Positions 1-10,490 of a stretch of 64,000 bases of DNA are shown here, in pieces. The DNA is from Terriglobia bacterium. GTDB lineage: Bacteria; Acidobacteriota; Terriglobia; 20CM-2-55-15. Within the stretch, counting starts at the first letter, position 1. Each line of letters begins with the position of its first letter. The stretch lies in the NCBI GenBank assembly GCA_963664115.2, contig CAXWPJ010000002.1, forward strand, positions 320,001 through 384,000, read 5' to 3'. A program made the position numbers and the translations under genes. Under the pieces are notes generated by a model. That model ran no database searches, was not told where the DNA came from, and saw only the letters and a program-made list of their open reading frames with translations.

Positions 1-56
1 CAACTGGCTGTATCTCCCATTGTTTCAATGGAATGCGGCGACACGCTAAGCTTGCC

Positions 57-100
57 AATTCTCACTGTCCGACAATGTCGTTTCTCAGGACTTGAGAATT
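57..100 (-). repeat. Hairpin repeat R, inverted copy
   Basis: Reverse complement reads attctcaagtcctgagaaacgacattgtcggacagtgagaatt, closely matching 6838-6880. Confidence 0.85.
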
Positions 101-188
101 TAATGTTGAGAATTTAATAGCGCCTAACTCCCTGCCTTAGTATTCTTTACCGAGTTTTTCGCAGCTTTTTCAGCGACACACTTTAAAC

Positions 189-498
189 ATGGAATCTGGC
201 ACCAAACTCGGCCACTACGAGATCTCAACGCTCTTAGGTAAAGGGTGGAATGGGTGAGGTGTGGCGTGCCAAGGACACCAAACTCGGGCGTGAAGTTGCG
301 ATCAAGACACTTCCGGAAGAGTTTGCAAAGGATGCGGATCGCCTGGCCCGGTTTGAACGTGAAGCAAAGCTGCTTGCCTCTCTGAACCATCCGAACATTG
401 CCGCTATTCACGGGTTTGAGCAAGACGGCGAGACACACTTCCTGGTTCTTGAACTTGTTGAAGGCGACACGCTGGCGGATCAGCGAGTTGCCGGTTAG
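189..498 (+). pseudogene. Ser/Thr protein kinase N-terminal fragment, frameshifted and truncated
   Basis: ATG at 189; first 45 nt identical to the gene at 2937. Extra G in the glycine-rich loop (aaagggtggaatg). VAIK and LNHPNI motifs present; homology stops after GDTLADQ (~483). Confidence 0.9.
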
Positions 499-684
499 TT
501 TCCGCGGGGGAGTTGGGCGCCGGACGACACGATCGTCCTCGGACTGGGTGCCGGAGGGCTGGCTCGCGTTCCCGGAGGCGGTGGCAATCCGGAGATTGTC
601 GCTACCGCGACACTGCGGAGTTCTGACGTCAAGTTGACACTGCTCTTCTAATCCCCGCCCTCCTGCATCTCAAGCTCCTCCACG

Positions 685-1068
685 TTACTCTTCCCAACGG
701 CCGATCGTCGTTCCATCACCTAACTTCGCGCCGACAAAGCCGCCCAGAGGGCGGCCGCTAATATCTCGACGCAACATCATGATCACCTCATCGCCCGGGG
801 TAAACGTTGATGGGCCATAGCCTTGACGATACAGTTGAGCGGGGATACCCCATTCTGCGCTCCACTCAACTCTCTCACCCCCCTCGTCTGTGACATACAC
901 CTGAATCCATGAATGGGGATTCTGGTATTGGAACTCCTTTATGATGCCCTCGATTCTCGTAATCTCCTCACTACGCCTACCCACGGTCGAGTGATGGGCA
1001 GCAGCAAACTCCGCAAAAAACACCAAAGCAACCGCGCCGACAAAACCAAACTTAACCATCGATCGCAT
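685..1068 (-). CDS. DUF6152-like exported protein
   Basis: Signal peptide ending AAA-HHS, plus NPHSWI and WxxE motifs; RBS upstream of ATG 1068. Confidence 0.8.
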   Translation of the reverse strand: MRSMVKFGFVGAVALVFFAEFAAAHHSTVGRRSEEITRIEGIIKEFQYQNPHSWIQVYVTDEGGERVEWSAEWGIPAQLYRQGYGPSTFTPGDEVIMMLRRDISGRPLGGFVGAKLGDGTTIGRWEE

Positions 1069-1130
1069 TCCTCTTCTCCTTTGACAAGATAACTTAACCA
1101 TCGATCGCACTCCTCTACTCCTTTGACAAG
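1049..1130. repeat. 42-bp-period tandem duplication of RBS and start region
   Basis: aacttaaccatcgatcgcaYtcctctWctcctttgacaag at 1049 and 1091, with 2 mismatches. Confidence 0.9.
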
Positions 1131-1218
1131 GCATCGCGTAACACTGACTGCATGCCGCTATTCCACTGGAACACCTCACCGTCCGCCGCCACAGCCAAGC
1201 TTCGCCCCTCTTGATCGA

Positions 1219-2076
1219 CTAATACTCGATTGTTCTCCCCTCTTCATCGACTACCGCTCGATTGTTCTCCGCGCATACGTAGTCGAATATGCGGAACCCA
1301 TCGGGTTGCTGATAGAAGCGCTTCTCGACAACCCAGGGCCTTGTCAGAGCTTGAGGATCTTCGAGAGTTATTTCCACCAACAACACATCTTCCAGTTCCC
1401 CCTGGTCGTTTGCCTCCTGCACGCGTCGAATGCGCGTCGTACCACGCGATTCCTCGCTCAGGACGAGTCCGCTTCTGTCTAAGATACTGTCTTGGTCGCT
1501 CCAACCTTTCAAGCCGATAGTCGTAAAGACGAGAGTATCGCCCTCCCAATGACCAACGGAGTCTCCGTAGAACGTATTCCACGCATCCTCCAAGTGGGGG
1601 CGTCCGTCTGTGTAGATCCTCATGATGCCGCGAGTATGTTCGCTAAGGACCCAGACTTGTTCGGGGCGGACGATGAATTCCGCATTCATGTTCACATTGA
1701 ATATCCGCGGAAACCCGTGCGGAATGCACCTCGTGAGCGGATCGGGAAACCGTCCCTGATCCCTGAGTTCTACATGACTCTGGTAGATCGCCTCCCACTC
1801 CTCGGTATAGGGAGGATGGGCACGAGTGCCCACCGTGTTCACGCCGTATTCGCGGATGTTCGGGTCGGCAGGTTCCCCGTTCAGGGTCCAGGTCTCTTCG
1901 TCGAAAACTGGTCCGGCCCTCCTGGCCCAAACGCCACTCCAATCAGGAAGCGAATCGGAGTCTCGAAGCACCGCTTCTTGTTCCGACTCCAGCGTAGAAC
2001 CAGAAGAAATGGGAACCGCTGCGGTCACAACCGCCGTCAGCGTCAGCGCGACACAGGCCACGCGGCGAGTCAACAT
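1219..2076 (-). CDS. Exported uncharacterised protein of the 'GDSVGHWEGDTLV' family
   Basis: Signal peptide, PDWSGVW, RCIPHGFP, GDSVGHWEGDTLV and DYVCAENN motifs. Confidence 0.8.
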   Translation of the reverse strand: MLTRRVACVALTLTAVVTAAVPISSGSTLESEQEAVLRDSDSLPDWSGVWARRAGPVFDEETWTLNGEPADPNIREYGVNTVGTRAHPPYTEEWEAIYQSHVELRDQGRFPDPLTRCIPHGFPRIFNVNMNAEFIVRPEQVWVLSEHTRGIMRIYTDGRPHLEDAWNTFYGDSVGHWEGDTLVFTTIGLKGWSDQDSILDRSGLVLSEESRGTTRIRRVQEANDQGELEDVLLVEITLEDPQALTRPWVVEKRFYQQPDGFRIFDYVCAENNRAVVDEEGRTIEY

Positions 2077-2460
2077 CTTGAATCCCCTCTCTTGCATTGC
2101 CAAATTACCTCTCTGTCTAAAATGCTTTGCTGTCCCAGTCCGATGGGCTGCATCGATTCAAAACGTCAATAACAGCGAAGATACTCATCTTGATCCTGTG
2201 GACTGATGTTCGTTGGCTCATGAACGCTCACCCCCTAAACGGGGACGTTCAATTTGGTTGCTCAGATCACATCTTTTATACACTGACACCCGCCCGACAG
2301 GCCAGATTTTTCTGTCCCCTCTGTTCCAACATCAGCGAGACGCCTGCCTGATCGATAATTAGTGAGCAGGGCGGGAAGCCTTTTCTACGGTGCAGATCGA
2401 AGTGATGAGCCGGACCAGCTCGCCCTCCACTGGTCGTGCGTATGGTCTGGCCCGTGTGCT

Positions 2461-2677
2461 GGCGGCAGAATTCGTGGCCGGCGCGCCCGATATTGTTATG
2501 CAGGGAGACTACCTCGCGCCCAACAACGGCCGTCCGTATTCCGTTTCGTCTGACGGACAAAGGTTTCTTATGATCAAGGACGCCACGATAGCAGGGGATA
2601 GTGATGTCCTCCCACCCCAGGTCAACATTGTCTTGAACTGGACGAGTGAGCTGCTCGAGCGCGTGCCGGTCCCTTAA
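2461..2677 (+). pseudogene. C-terminal fragment of a kinase-TolB propeller paralog
   Basis: Reads YSVSSDGQRFLMIK...QVNIVLNWTSELLERVPVP*, homologous to the end of 4384-6822. The 5' boundary is approximate. Confidence 0.85.
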
Positions 2678-2724
2678 TTGTCTGGCAGCCTGCCCGCAGA
2701 GCTTCTTCCCTGTGCTTCAAGTCT

Positions 2725-2800
2725 GATTAGGTAACGAGTGGTCACGTAGTGTCTAGGAACCACTGGCACCTAACGTCCCAGAAGTCACCTTATGGGAAGT
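2725..2800 (+). repeat. Non-coding repeat S
   Basis: gattaggtaacga...ctaggaa...taacgtcccagaagtcaccttatgggaagt aligns with 12324-12397. Confidence 0.75.
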
Positions 2801-2839
2801 CAGGTCCCGATAAATCAATTGTCGGACAGTGAGAATTGG
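2799..2839 (+). repeat. Hairpin repeat R variant
   Basis: gtcaggtcccgataaatcaattgtcggacagtgagaattgg; the last 22 nt are identical to the reverse complement of 55-76. Confidence 0.75.
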
Positions 2840-3203
2840 ATGAGATCCGCCAGCTCACAACTTTCTTGCTTATAACCCATACCTGTAGTTAGATTTATCC
2901 AACTTTTTCACGTTTCGTTTCGGCACACACTAATTTATGGAATCTGGCACCAAACTCGGCCACTACGAGATCTCAACGCTCCTTGGAAAAGGAGGCATGG
3001 GGGAAGTGTGGCGTGCCCGGGACACGAAACTGGGGCGTGAAGTTGCGATCAAAACCCTGCCAGAAGAGTTTGCTAAAGATGCTGATCGGTTGGCACGCTT
3101 TGAACGTGAAGCCAAACTTCTGGCGTCGCTGAATCACCCAAACATTGCAGCCATCCACGGGTTTGAAGAGGACAACGGAACGCACTTCCTTGTGCTGGAA
3201 CTA

Positions 3204-4354
3204 GTGGTCCCCGTTAAACAGACTGTAACTTATCAAGATTTCGCCGGCCGCGCTGGACTTTAGCAAGGATGTCGGAAGCCGTTGCAGTCCAGATGAAGGG
3301 TTTCGGGTCTTCATTGTGACGAGCGAGGTAGTCCTCCACGGCCTGGATCAACTCGGGGACCGAGCGGAAAACGCCACGCCGGAGTCGTTGCTCGGACAGA
3401 TCCCGGAAAAAGCGCTCGACCATGTTGAGCCACGACGCACTGGTTGGCGTGAAGTGCACATGAAAACGCTTGTTACGCTTGAGCCAGTTGACGACTTTCT
3501 GATGTTTGTGAGTCGCATAGTTGTCGCAAATAATGTGGATCTCCTTATCTTTCGGCATGGCGCGTTTGATCTGATTCAGAAACCGGATCCATTCCTGATG
3601 GCGATGCTTTGGCATGCAGGTTCCGATGACCGAACCGTCCAGGATGTTGAGCGCGGCGAAAAGCGTGGTTGTCCCGTTACGTTTGTAATCGTGGGTCATG
3701 GTGCCACACCGCCCCTTCTTCAGAGGTAACCCGGGTTGCGTGCGGTCCAGGGCCTGCATCTGGCTCTTCTCATCGCAGGACAAGACAATGGCGTTTTCCG
3801 GTGGGCTCAGATACAGACCGACCACATCCTCCAGCTTTTCGGCGAATCGTTTGTCGTTGGATAGTTTGAAGGTTCGTGACAGATGAGGCTTCAGTCCATG
3901 GACCCGCCAGATTTTCCCGACCGTGGACTCGCTCACGCCAACGGCCTTCGCCATCGAGGCCCGACTCCAGTGCGTCGCGTTCGGGGGCTTCTCTTCCAGT
4001 GTCTTCTTGACGATCCGGGCTCGCTTCCGGCGACTGATCGTGGGAATCCGTCCGCTTCGCGGCGCATCCTTTTCGATCCCAGCCAAGCCCTGTTCCACAA
4101 AACGATTGCGCCAGCGGCCCGCTTTCTGGCGCGTGATCTCCAAGCGGGCGGCGATCTCATAATTGTTCCGACCTTCAGCGGCCAGTAATACAATTCGGGA
4201 TCGTTCCGCCAACCGGACCGATGTACTCCGGCTTCGACTCAGTCGCTCCAACTCCATCCGCTGCTTGTCATCCAATTCAATGGTCGGTGCTTTCCTCATT
4301 CTCTATTGGACGTTGGAAAGCTATTTTAGTTACATTACTTCGAGCGGGGTACAC
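3204..4354 (-). mobile_element. IS630-family insertion sequence, 1151 bp, copy 1
   Basis: Ends gtggtccccg / cggggtacac form imperfect terminal inverted repeats; TA duplicated within a CTAG target; same sequence as 35519-36669. Confidence 0.95.
3214..4299 (-). CDS. IS630-family transposase
   Basis: N-terminal HTH; DEKS, DNYATHK and SWLNMVERFF DDE motifs. Confidence 0.95.
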   Translation of the reverse strand: MRKAPTIELDDKQRMELERLSRSRSTSVRLAERSRIVLLAAEGRNNYEIAARLEITRQKAGRWRNRFVEQGLAGIEKDAPRSGRIPTISRRKRARIVKKTLEEKPPNATHWSRASMAKAVGVSESTVGKIWRVHGLKPHLSRTFKLSNDKRFAEKLEDVVGLYLSPPENAIVLSCDEKSQMQALDRTQPGLPLKKGRCGTMTHDYKRNGTTTLFAALNILDGSVIGTCMPKHRHQEWIRFLNQIKRAMPKDKEIHIICDNYATHKHQKVVNWLKRNKRFHVHFTPTSASWLNMVERFFRDLSEQRLRRGVFRSVPELIQAVEDYLARHNEDPKPFIWTATASDILAKVQRGRRNLDKLQSV

Positions 4355-6837
4355 TAGTAGAAGGCGACACGCTTGCGGATCAGTTGAAGCGTGGTGCCAT
4401 TCCTGTCGAAGAATCACTGAAGCTAGCCTTACAAATCGCGGAGGCTTTGGAGGCCGCGCATGAAAAAGGGGTCATCCACCGTGACCTGAAACCAGCGAAC
4501 GTCAAGGTCACACCAGACGGGAAAGTGAAGGTGTTGGATTTCGGCCTCGCAAAAGCCTTTGACGGGGGCGCCGCTGACGCAAACGTATCGAACTCTCCCA
4601 CGCTCAGCATGGCCGCGACACAGCAGGGTGTCATCCTCGGGACAGCGGCGTACATGTCGCCGGAGCAAGCCCGAGGTGAGAACGCTGACCAGAGGGTCGA
4701 TGTATGGGCTTTCGGAGTGGTTCTGTTTGAGATGCTGACCGGTCGCGGGACGTTTGATGGACACACAGTTTCTGATGTTCTGGCTGCCGTTCTTGCCAGA
4801 GACCCGGATTGGAATAGCCTTCCCCACAACCTACACGCGCAACTGCGGCGACTCCTTGAACGATGCCTATCGAAAGAGTTGAAAGACCGATACCACGGCA
4901 TTGCTGATGCGCGGGTGGATATTGAGAGCGTATTGGCTGATCCCAACGGTGTGATTGCGCAGCCAGTCGCTCAAGTTGTTCAGGCCACCCCGCCGAGACT
5001 CCACGTGGTGGCCGCAATCGCTCTGGCCGCCATGGTTGCCGGTGTGAGTGTCTGGACTCTGAAACCAACCGACCCTCGCCCGGTCAGCCGCCTTGAATAC
5101 AACCTGCCAGAGGGACTCGCTGTACTGGTTCCTAACGGGCGGCCTGCAGTCGCCATTTCACCCAACGGGGAGCAGTTCGTATACTACGCTAACAGTATTG
5201 GGGATAGTGAAGAAGGGCTCTACGTTCGCTCGATGGATGAACTTGAAGCCCGCATTATTCCGGGCGCGGAAAATCCGGAGAACCTCGTCTTCTCACCCGA
5301 CGGGCAGGAAATTGCCTACTACCAAGGAGCGGCGCCCGGGCGATTGATGAAGATCGCAGTTAGTGGTGGTGCACCTGTGACTCTTTCGGAACCAATTGGG
5401 AATCCTTTTGGCGTGAGCTGGGAGTCAGACGGCACGATTCTTTTCGGGCAATCAGATGGGATCTGGAGCGTGTCGGAAAGCGGTGGTGAACCAGACCATT
5501 TGATAGTAACAGAACCGGGTGAACAGGTTCACGGGCCGCAGCTTCTGCCCGGGGGAGAATGGATTCTGTTCACGCTTACTGGTGAGACTGGAGACAGCCG
5601 TTGGGACGAAGCCAACATCGTTGTCGAGTCGCTTTCCTCCGGCGAGCGTCGAGTATTGCGACAGGGCGGCAGCGACGCTCGTTATGTTCCGACTGGACAT
5701 CTCGTCTATGCTTTCGGAGATGGGCTCTTCGCCTTGCCCTTCGATGTGGACAGTCTGGAACTCAGTGGGGGACCCACATCGATACTTCAAGGTGTTCGAC
5801 GGGCCTTTGCCCCAGGACTCCAGACCGGCGTAGCGTATTATGGCTTTTCCAACAACGGGACGCTCGTTTATCTTCCCGCACCTCCTCCTTACGGTGTGTC
5901 CACGCTGGTCACAGTGGATCGTAGTGGGAACCCCCAGTCCTTCACCGGCGAAGCGCGCAACTATACCCGACCCCGGGTCTCACCCGACGGCAGCCGCGTT
6001 GCCGTAGAGGCCACCGAGACAGGCGGAGCTACACCTACCCACATTTGGATCGTGGATATTGAAACCGGGAATGGCACGCAACTGACGTTTGAAGGATCGC
6101 AGAATGAGTTTCCTGTGTGGGCGCCCGATAGTCAGACGGTCGTCTTCAGGTCTGACAGATCCGGGAGGATGGCGCTTTACACGAAGTCGGCGGCTGGCAG
6201 CGGAGAGGCTGAATTAGTGTTTGAAGGAAGCGGCACGCTGGTTGCCACCGACGTGCTACCCGATGGGACCCTGCTCTTGCAGGAGTCCAACGGTGACAAC
6301 GATGACATCTGGACACTGCCTTTAGACGGCGACGGCTCTCCCTCGGAGTTCCTGGCGACACCGGCCAATGAGCGGAGTGCACGCTTCTCTCCCGACGGCA
6401 GATGGATCGCATACATTTCCGACGAGTCCGGCCAGTTTCATGTCTACGTGCGACCCTACCCTAGGTCGAACGGAGGGCAGAGGCGCGTTTCAGAAAGTGG
6501 GTTTGGGAACTATGCGCCGGTCTGGTCTCCCGATGGGGGCCAGCTATACTATGTCGCGGGACCTCCAGAGATTCTGATGAACGTCCCGATACAGACAGAC
6601 CCCAACCTGCTGCCTGGCCGCCCACAAGAATTGTTCCCGATCGATGGAGCATTTCAGGCCGACGCGCGGACAACATTTGTCCCACTCTGGGGTCTCACTC
6701 CCGATGGGACACAATTCGTATTCGTCCAAGCGGCAGCGCGGGACAACCCCGACGTACCCACGCAATTCAACGTCGTCCTGAACTGGTTTGAAGAACTGAA
6801 AGAACGGGTGCCGGTGCCATAGATGACCGTGAAAATG

Positions 6838-6880
6838 ATTCTCAAGTCCTGAGAAATCATCTTGTCGGACATTGAGAATT
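6838..6880 (+). repeat. Hairpin repeat R
   Basis: attctcaa-gtcc-t-ga [loop] tc-ggac-a-ttgagaat: an inverted repeat with two unpaired bases. Confidence 0.85.
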
Positions 6881-7035
6881 CTTGAACATAGGTGCCGAGT
6901 CACGAAAAGTCCGGAGACGCCGTAAATGAAGCCGAAAAGCATGAACTTCCACTCAACTGTAAATTGCCTGCTCGTAGTGGCTGTTGCCATCGGGATGGAG
7001 GCCGCGTTCTGCGGTACTAACGCGGGGGGGGCGAT

Positions 7036-8559
7036 ATGAATCGACGAGAGTTCATTGGCAGTGCGACGGGCTTGGGTGCGGCATTGGCATTCCCCGCCGG
7101 GCGTTCAAGTAGACTCATGGCGATTCAACTGCCAACCGACATCGTCGGCTTCACTGCGTCGCAACTGTCGACGGCTATCCAACAAAGACAAGTTAGTTGC
7201 GTCGAAGTGATGGAAGCCTATCTACAACAGATTCACCGTTACAATCCAGTCTATAACGCCATCGTCAGCATGGCCGATGACGATCTGCTAATCAGCCAGG
7301 CGGAACTCGCCGATCAAGCCTTGGCCCGCGGCGAATATCGGGGTTGGATGCACGGAATGCCTCATGCCGTCAAGGACCTGTACGATGCGGAAGGCTTTCC
7401 AACAAGCAGGGGCTCTACCATCTACGCGGGAACCGTGGCGGAACAAGATAGTTTCATGATCGGCAGAATCCGTAGCCAGGGCGCGATCTTCATAGGAAAG
7501 ACGAATGTGCCTGAATTTGGTATGGGTTCGCAATCATACAACCCTGTATTCGGTGCCACGGGCAGCGCGTACAATCCGGCACTGACGGCAGGTGGTAGCA
7601 GTGGTGGCGCCGCAAGTGGTCTTGGGACCCACATGCTTCCGGTGGCTGACGGTGGTGACTTGATGGGGTCGCTTCGCAATCCAGGCGCCTTCAATAACGT
7701 GATCGGATTTAGGCCTAGTCAGGGGCGAGTGCCGGGCGGTGGCGGGGGCGACCTGTTTTACCAGCAGATGTCCACAGGTGGTCCGATGGGGCGTAACAGT
7801 GAAGATACGATTCGCCTTCTGCACAGTATCGCCGGCTACGACTCCGGCCAACCGCTGACCCTCAGGGGTGAAATACCGCCCTATGAGGAGTTCAGGGCGC
7901 GTGATCTACGGGACCTCAAAATCGGGTGGATGGAAAATTATGAAGGCTATCTCAACATCGAACCTGGCATTCTTGAACTCTGTGAAGCCAGCCTCGGTGG
8001 TCTCACAAGAGAGGGCGCGATTGTCGAGTCGTGCAGGCCACAGTACGACATGGACCGGCTTTGGCAGACTTGGCTGACGTTACGCCACTGGACCCGTCAC
8101 GGAACTAGGGCGCTCTACGACGATCCCGACACTCGAAAGCTGTTAAAGCCGGAAGCCATCTGGGAGATCGAAGGCTCGTTCGACGCTTCGGGGGCGGATA
8201 TATACGAGGCAGGAATCGCCCGTGCAGACTGGTTCCGTGCTTTGGATTCTCTGTTTGATGAGTACGACTTCTTGGTCTTGCCAACTGCTCAGGTATTTCC
8301 TTTCTCAAAGGAGATTCATTGGCCCGAGTCCATCAACGGCGTTCGGATGGACACCTATCATCGCTGGATGGAGGTAGTAATTGGGGGGACATTGGCTGGC
8401 CTCCCAGTGGTCAACGTACCCGTGGGGTTCGATCAGCGGGGCCGACCCATGGGCATGCAAGTCATGGGACGGTTCGGGGAGGATCAGAGGATTCTGGAAT
8501 TTGCCATGGCCTACGAACGAGTTACGGATCACCTAGACCTGCGTCCAGAATTGGTTTAA
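7036..8559 (+). CDS. Amidase signature family protein with Tat signal
   Basis: MNRREFI Tat motif, KD, GGSSGGAA, GGDLMGSLRNP. Confidence 0.92.
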   Translation: MNRREFIGSATGLGAALAFPAGRSSRLMAIQLPTDIVGFTASQLSTAIQQRQVSCVEVMEAYLQQIHRYNPVYNAIVSMADDDLLISQAELADQALARGEYRGWMHGMPHAVKDLYDAEGFPTSRGSTIYAGTVAEQDSFMIGRIRSQGAIFIGKTNVPEFGMGSQSYNPVFGATGSAYNPALTAGGSSGGAASGLGTHMLPVADGGDLMGSLRNPGAFNNVIGFRPSQGRVPGGGGGDLFYQQMSTGGPMGRNSEDTIRLLHSIAGYDSGQPLTLRGEIPPYEEFRARDLRDLKIGWMENYEGYLNIEPGILELCEASLGGLTREGAIVESCRPQYDMDRLWQTWLTLRHWTRHGTRALYDDPDTRKLLKPEAIWEIEGSFDASGADIYEAGIARADWFRALDSLFDEYDFLVLPTAQVFPFSKEIHWPESINGVRMDTYHRWMEVVIGGTLAGLPVVNVPVGFDQRGRPMGMQVMGRFGEDQRILEFAMAYERVTDHLDLRPELV

Positions 8560-8590
8560 AGAACTGAAGGAACGGGTGCCGGTGCCGTGA
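8549..8590 (+). repeat. Kinase 3'-tail copy (NWFKELKERVPVP*)
   Basis: aattggtttaaagaactgaaggaacgggtgccggtgccgtga versus 6781-6822. Confidence 0.92.
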
Positions 8591-8676
8591 TCGGTTTGCA
8601 TTTCCTACTCACCACTCGACCAGCGTCTCTTCCGTAATCGCCGCCCCGCAGCCATCGAAACGAACCCTGCGCTTCA

Positions 8677-8705
8677 TTGACAGTGCCATTCGCAAACTCT
8701 ACAAT
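8677..8705 (+). promoter_or_regulatory. sigma70-type promoter
   Basis: TTGACA-17 nt-TACAAT upstream of the MBL-fold gene. Confidence 0.7.
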
Positions 8706-8743
8706 TCGCTGAAAACTGCTCCGCATTACAAGAGGTGACTCCA

Positions 8744-9724
8744 ATGAAACGAGCTATGGTATATGTGGCGTCGGGCGCGGTGTGCGCTATTCTTTCCTGC
8801 GGTTCCGCCTTTTCCCAGGAAGCTATTCCGACTGGAGGCCCGATTCCCGACATACGCGGATTCACCAGCCGGCTCAACGATCCCGAGGCGGTTGCGGCGA
8901 TCGAGGTAGTTGTCCGCCATGTTGCCGGGCAGGTGTACGTGATTGCGGGCGCAGGTGGGAATGTGACGGTCATGGCGGGCGATGATGGCATTTTCATCGT
9001 CGACACGAATTACCCCGCTTTCTACGACCAGATCATAGCCGCAATTCGACGCATCTCGGACGGGCCCATCCGCTTCGTGGTCAACACGCACTCTCACCTA
9101 GACCACAGCGGCAACAACGAAAGCTTTGCCAGGGAGGGCGCGGTGATCATCACTCAGCCCAACCTGCGCCGGGCGTTGATAGGAGATCGCAGCGGTTCGG
9201 ATCTTCCGGGCGGATTGCCTGTGATCACATCGACGGAACCGATGTCGTTTCACTTCAACGGGGAGGAAGTTCTCTTCGTGCCGTTGAAGCCCTCGCACAC
9301 GGACGGAGACGCGGCGGTGTACTTCAGCGGTTCCGACGTGTGGTCCTTTGGTGACGTGTACCGGACGGACTATCCGTCCTTGAATCCCTCCGTTGGTGGC
9401 ACGATTGAGAATTTCGTTGATATTTACAGCATGGCGCTTGATATGACGACGCCGGCCACGATTTTTGTCCCCGGCCACGGCCAACTCTCGCCCAGAGAGG
9501 AGCTGAGCGGAGTGCTTGACGCCGTGATCACGATTCAGGGTCGTTTCCGCGACATGGTGGCACGGGGCATGACGCTCGACGAGATCATGGAGGCACGTCC
9601 GTCAAGGGAGTTCGATGCTCGCTTCTCCAGCGAATCCAAATCGCCCACCACGGGCAATACGGTAGAGCGCGTTTACACTCGCTTTTACGAAGATGTTTCA
9701 CGGGAGCTGGCGGAACAACAGTGA
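8744..9724 (+). CDS. Exported MBL-fold metallo-hydrolase (cyclase-like)
   Basis: THSHLDH, HTDGD, GD and PGHG motifs; signal peptide. Confidence 0.9.
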   Translation: MKRAMVYVASGAVCAILSCGSAFSQEAIPTGGPIPDIRGFTSRLNDPEAVAAIEVVVRHVAGQVYVIAGAGGNVTVMAGDDGIFIVDTNYPAFYDQIIAAIRRISDGPIRFVVNTHSHLDHSGNNESFAREGAVIITQPNLRRALIGDRSGSDLPGGLPVITSTEPMSFHFNGEEVLFVPLKPSHTDGDAAVYFSGSDVWSFGDVYRTDYPSLNPSVGGTIENFVDIYSMALDMTTPATIFVPGHGQLSPREELSGVLDAVITIQGRFRDMVARGMTLDEIMEARPSREFDARFSSESKSPTTGNTVERVYTRFYEDVSRELAEQQ

Positions 9725-9913
9725 AGGACTTCCCCGGATGGGTCCTGTCATGTTAGCTGGAATTCGTTCTGTTTCGAGGAGAAATCGATTCTAGCCAGGC
9801 CAGGAATCATCAACTTAGCTGGCATTGCGATCAGTGAAATCTTCATTTGATCGGTTTACTTGGCAACCCCTTTCTGTAGGACCGTCTTCTCTACACATGG
9901 TGGCCGCTAGAAA

Positions 9914-9969
9914 ATCAACATCGTCCTGAACTGCTTGAAGAACTGAAGGAACGGGTGCCGGTTCCTTAG
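9914..9969 (+). repeat. Kinase 3'-tail copy (INIVLN..EELKERVPVP*, 1-nt deletion)
   Basis: atcaacatcgtcctgaactgcttgaagaactgaaggaacgggtgccggttccttag, followed by gaccgtgaaaatgatt as after 6822. Confidence 0.92.
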
Positions 9970-10009
9970 ACGACCGTGAAAATGATTGTCAACGCCCGAT
10001 AAATCAATT

Positions 10010-10083
10010 CGGATCAACCGGTCGATGCAACACTTTACTGAAAAGGAGAGGTCAAGTGTTGCATCGATCTATTGAGACCACCC
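10010..10083. mobile_element. Miniature inverted-repeat element with IS30-like ends, inside an R copy
   Basis: tcaaccggtcgatgcaacactt ... aagtgttgcatcgatctattga inverted repeat around an 18-nt spacer, flanked by the two halves of R. Confidence 0.6.
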
Positions 10084-10156
10084 ATCTTCGCGGACGTTGA
10101 GAATGCGTCGATTCCAATCATTGCTTCCAACCCACTCGTTCTAAAGCATAGGACTG

Positions 10157-10217
10157 GTTGCCCTAAGCCGACTCCTGGGGCGTTGAATTTGGATCGGTAA
10201 ACGAAACGGCGTTACTC
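10157..10217 (-). repeat. Repeat S, inverted partial copy
   Basis: Reverse complement aacgccccaggagtcggcttagggc matches aacgacccagaagtcggcttaggg (~12369); gagtaacgcc is also shared. Confidence 0.65.
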
Positions 10218-10490
10218 GCGAGTAATCGTCGTTGATACCGCACGTCCTCAACCGCCGCGGACTGGGTGTCCGCAGCCCTTTCGACACTCTTGAACCTATA
10301 GTCGCTGTGCAAATCATCGAAAGATGGGGGTATGCGGTCATCTAGGTCTACAATGAGAGAAATCGGGATGGTAGCACTCCTCCATTAGCACCCACCGCAT
10401 CTGCTCTGCGAAGTCATCCTGTGCTGGTCCGGCCGTCCAAACCGAGGCACTGGATCGACGCTCCAAAACCTGTCGGTCACCCGGAGAACC

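Larger units (their letters stand above)
2937..6822 (+). pseudogene. Hanks-type Ser/Thr kinase with transmembrane segment and TolB/PD40-like beta-propeller, interrupted by IS630
   Basis: GKGGMG, VAIK, HRDLKPAN, DFG and SPE motifs; SPDG repeats. Removing the IS and one TA restores LELVEGDTLADQLKRG in frame. Confidence 0.93.
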
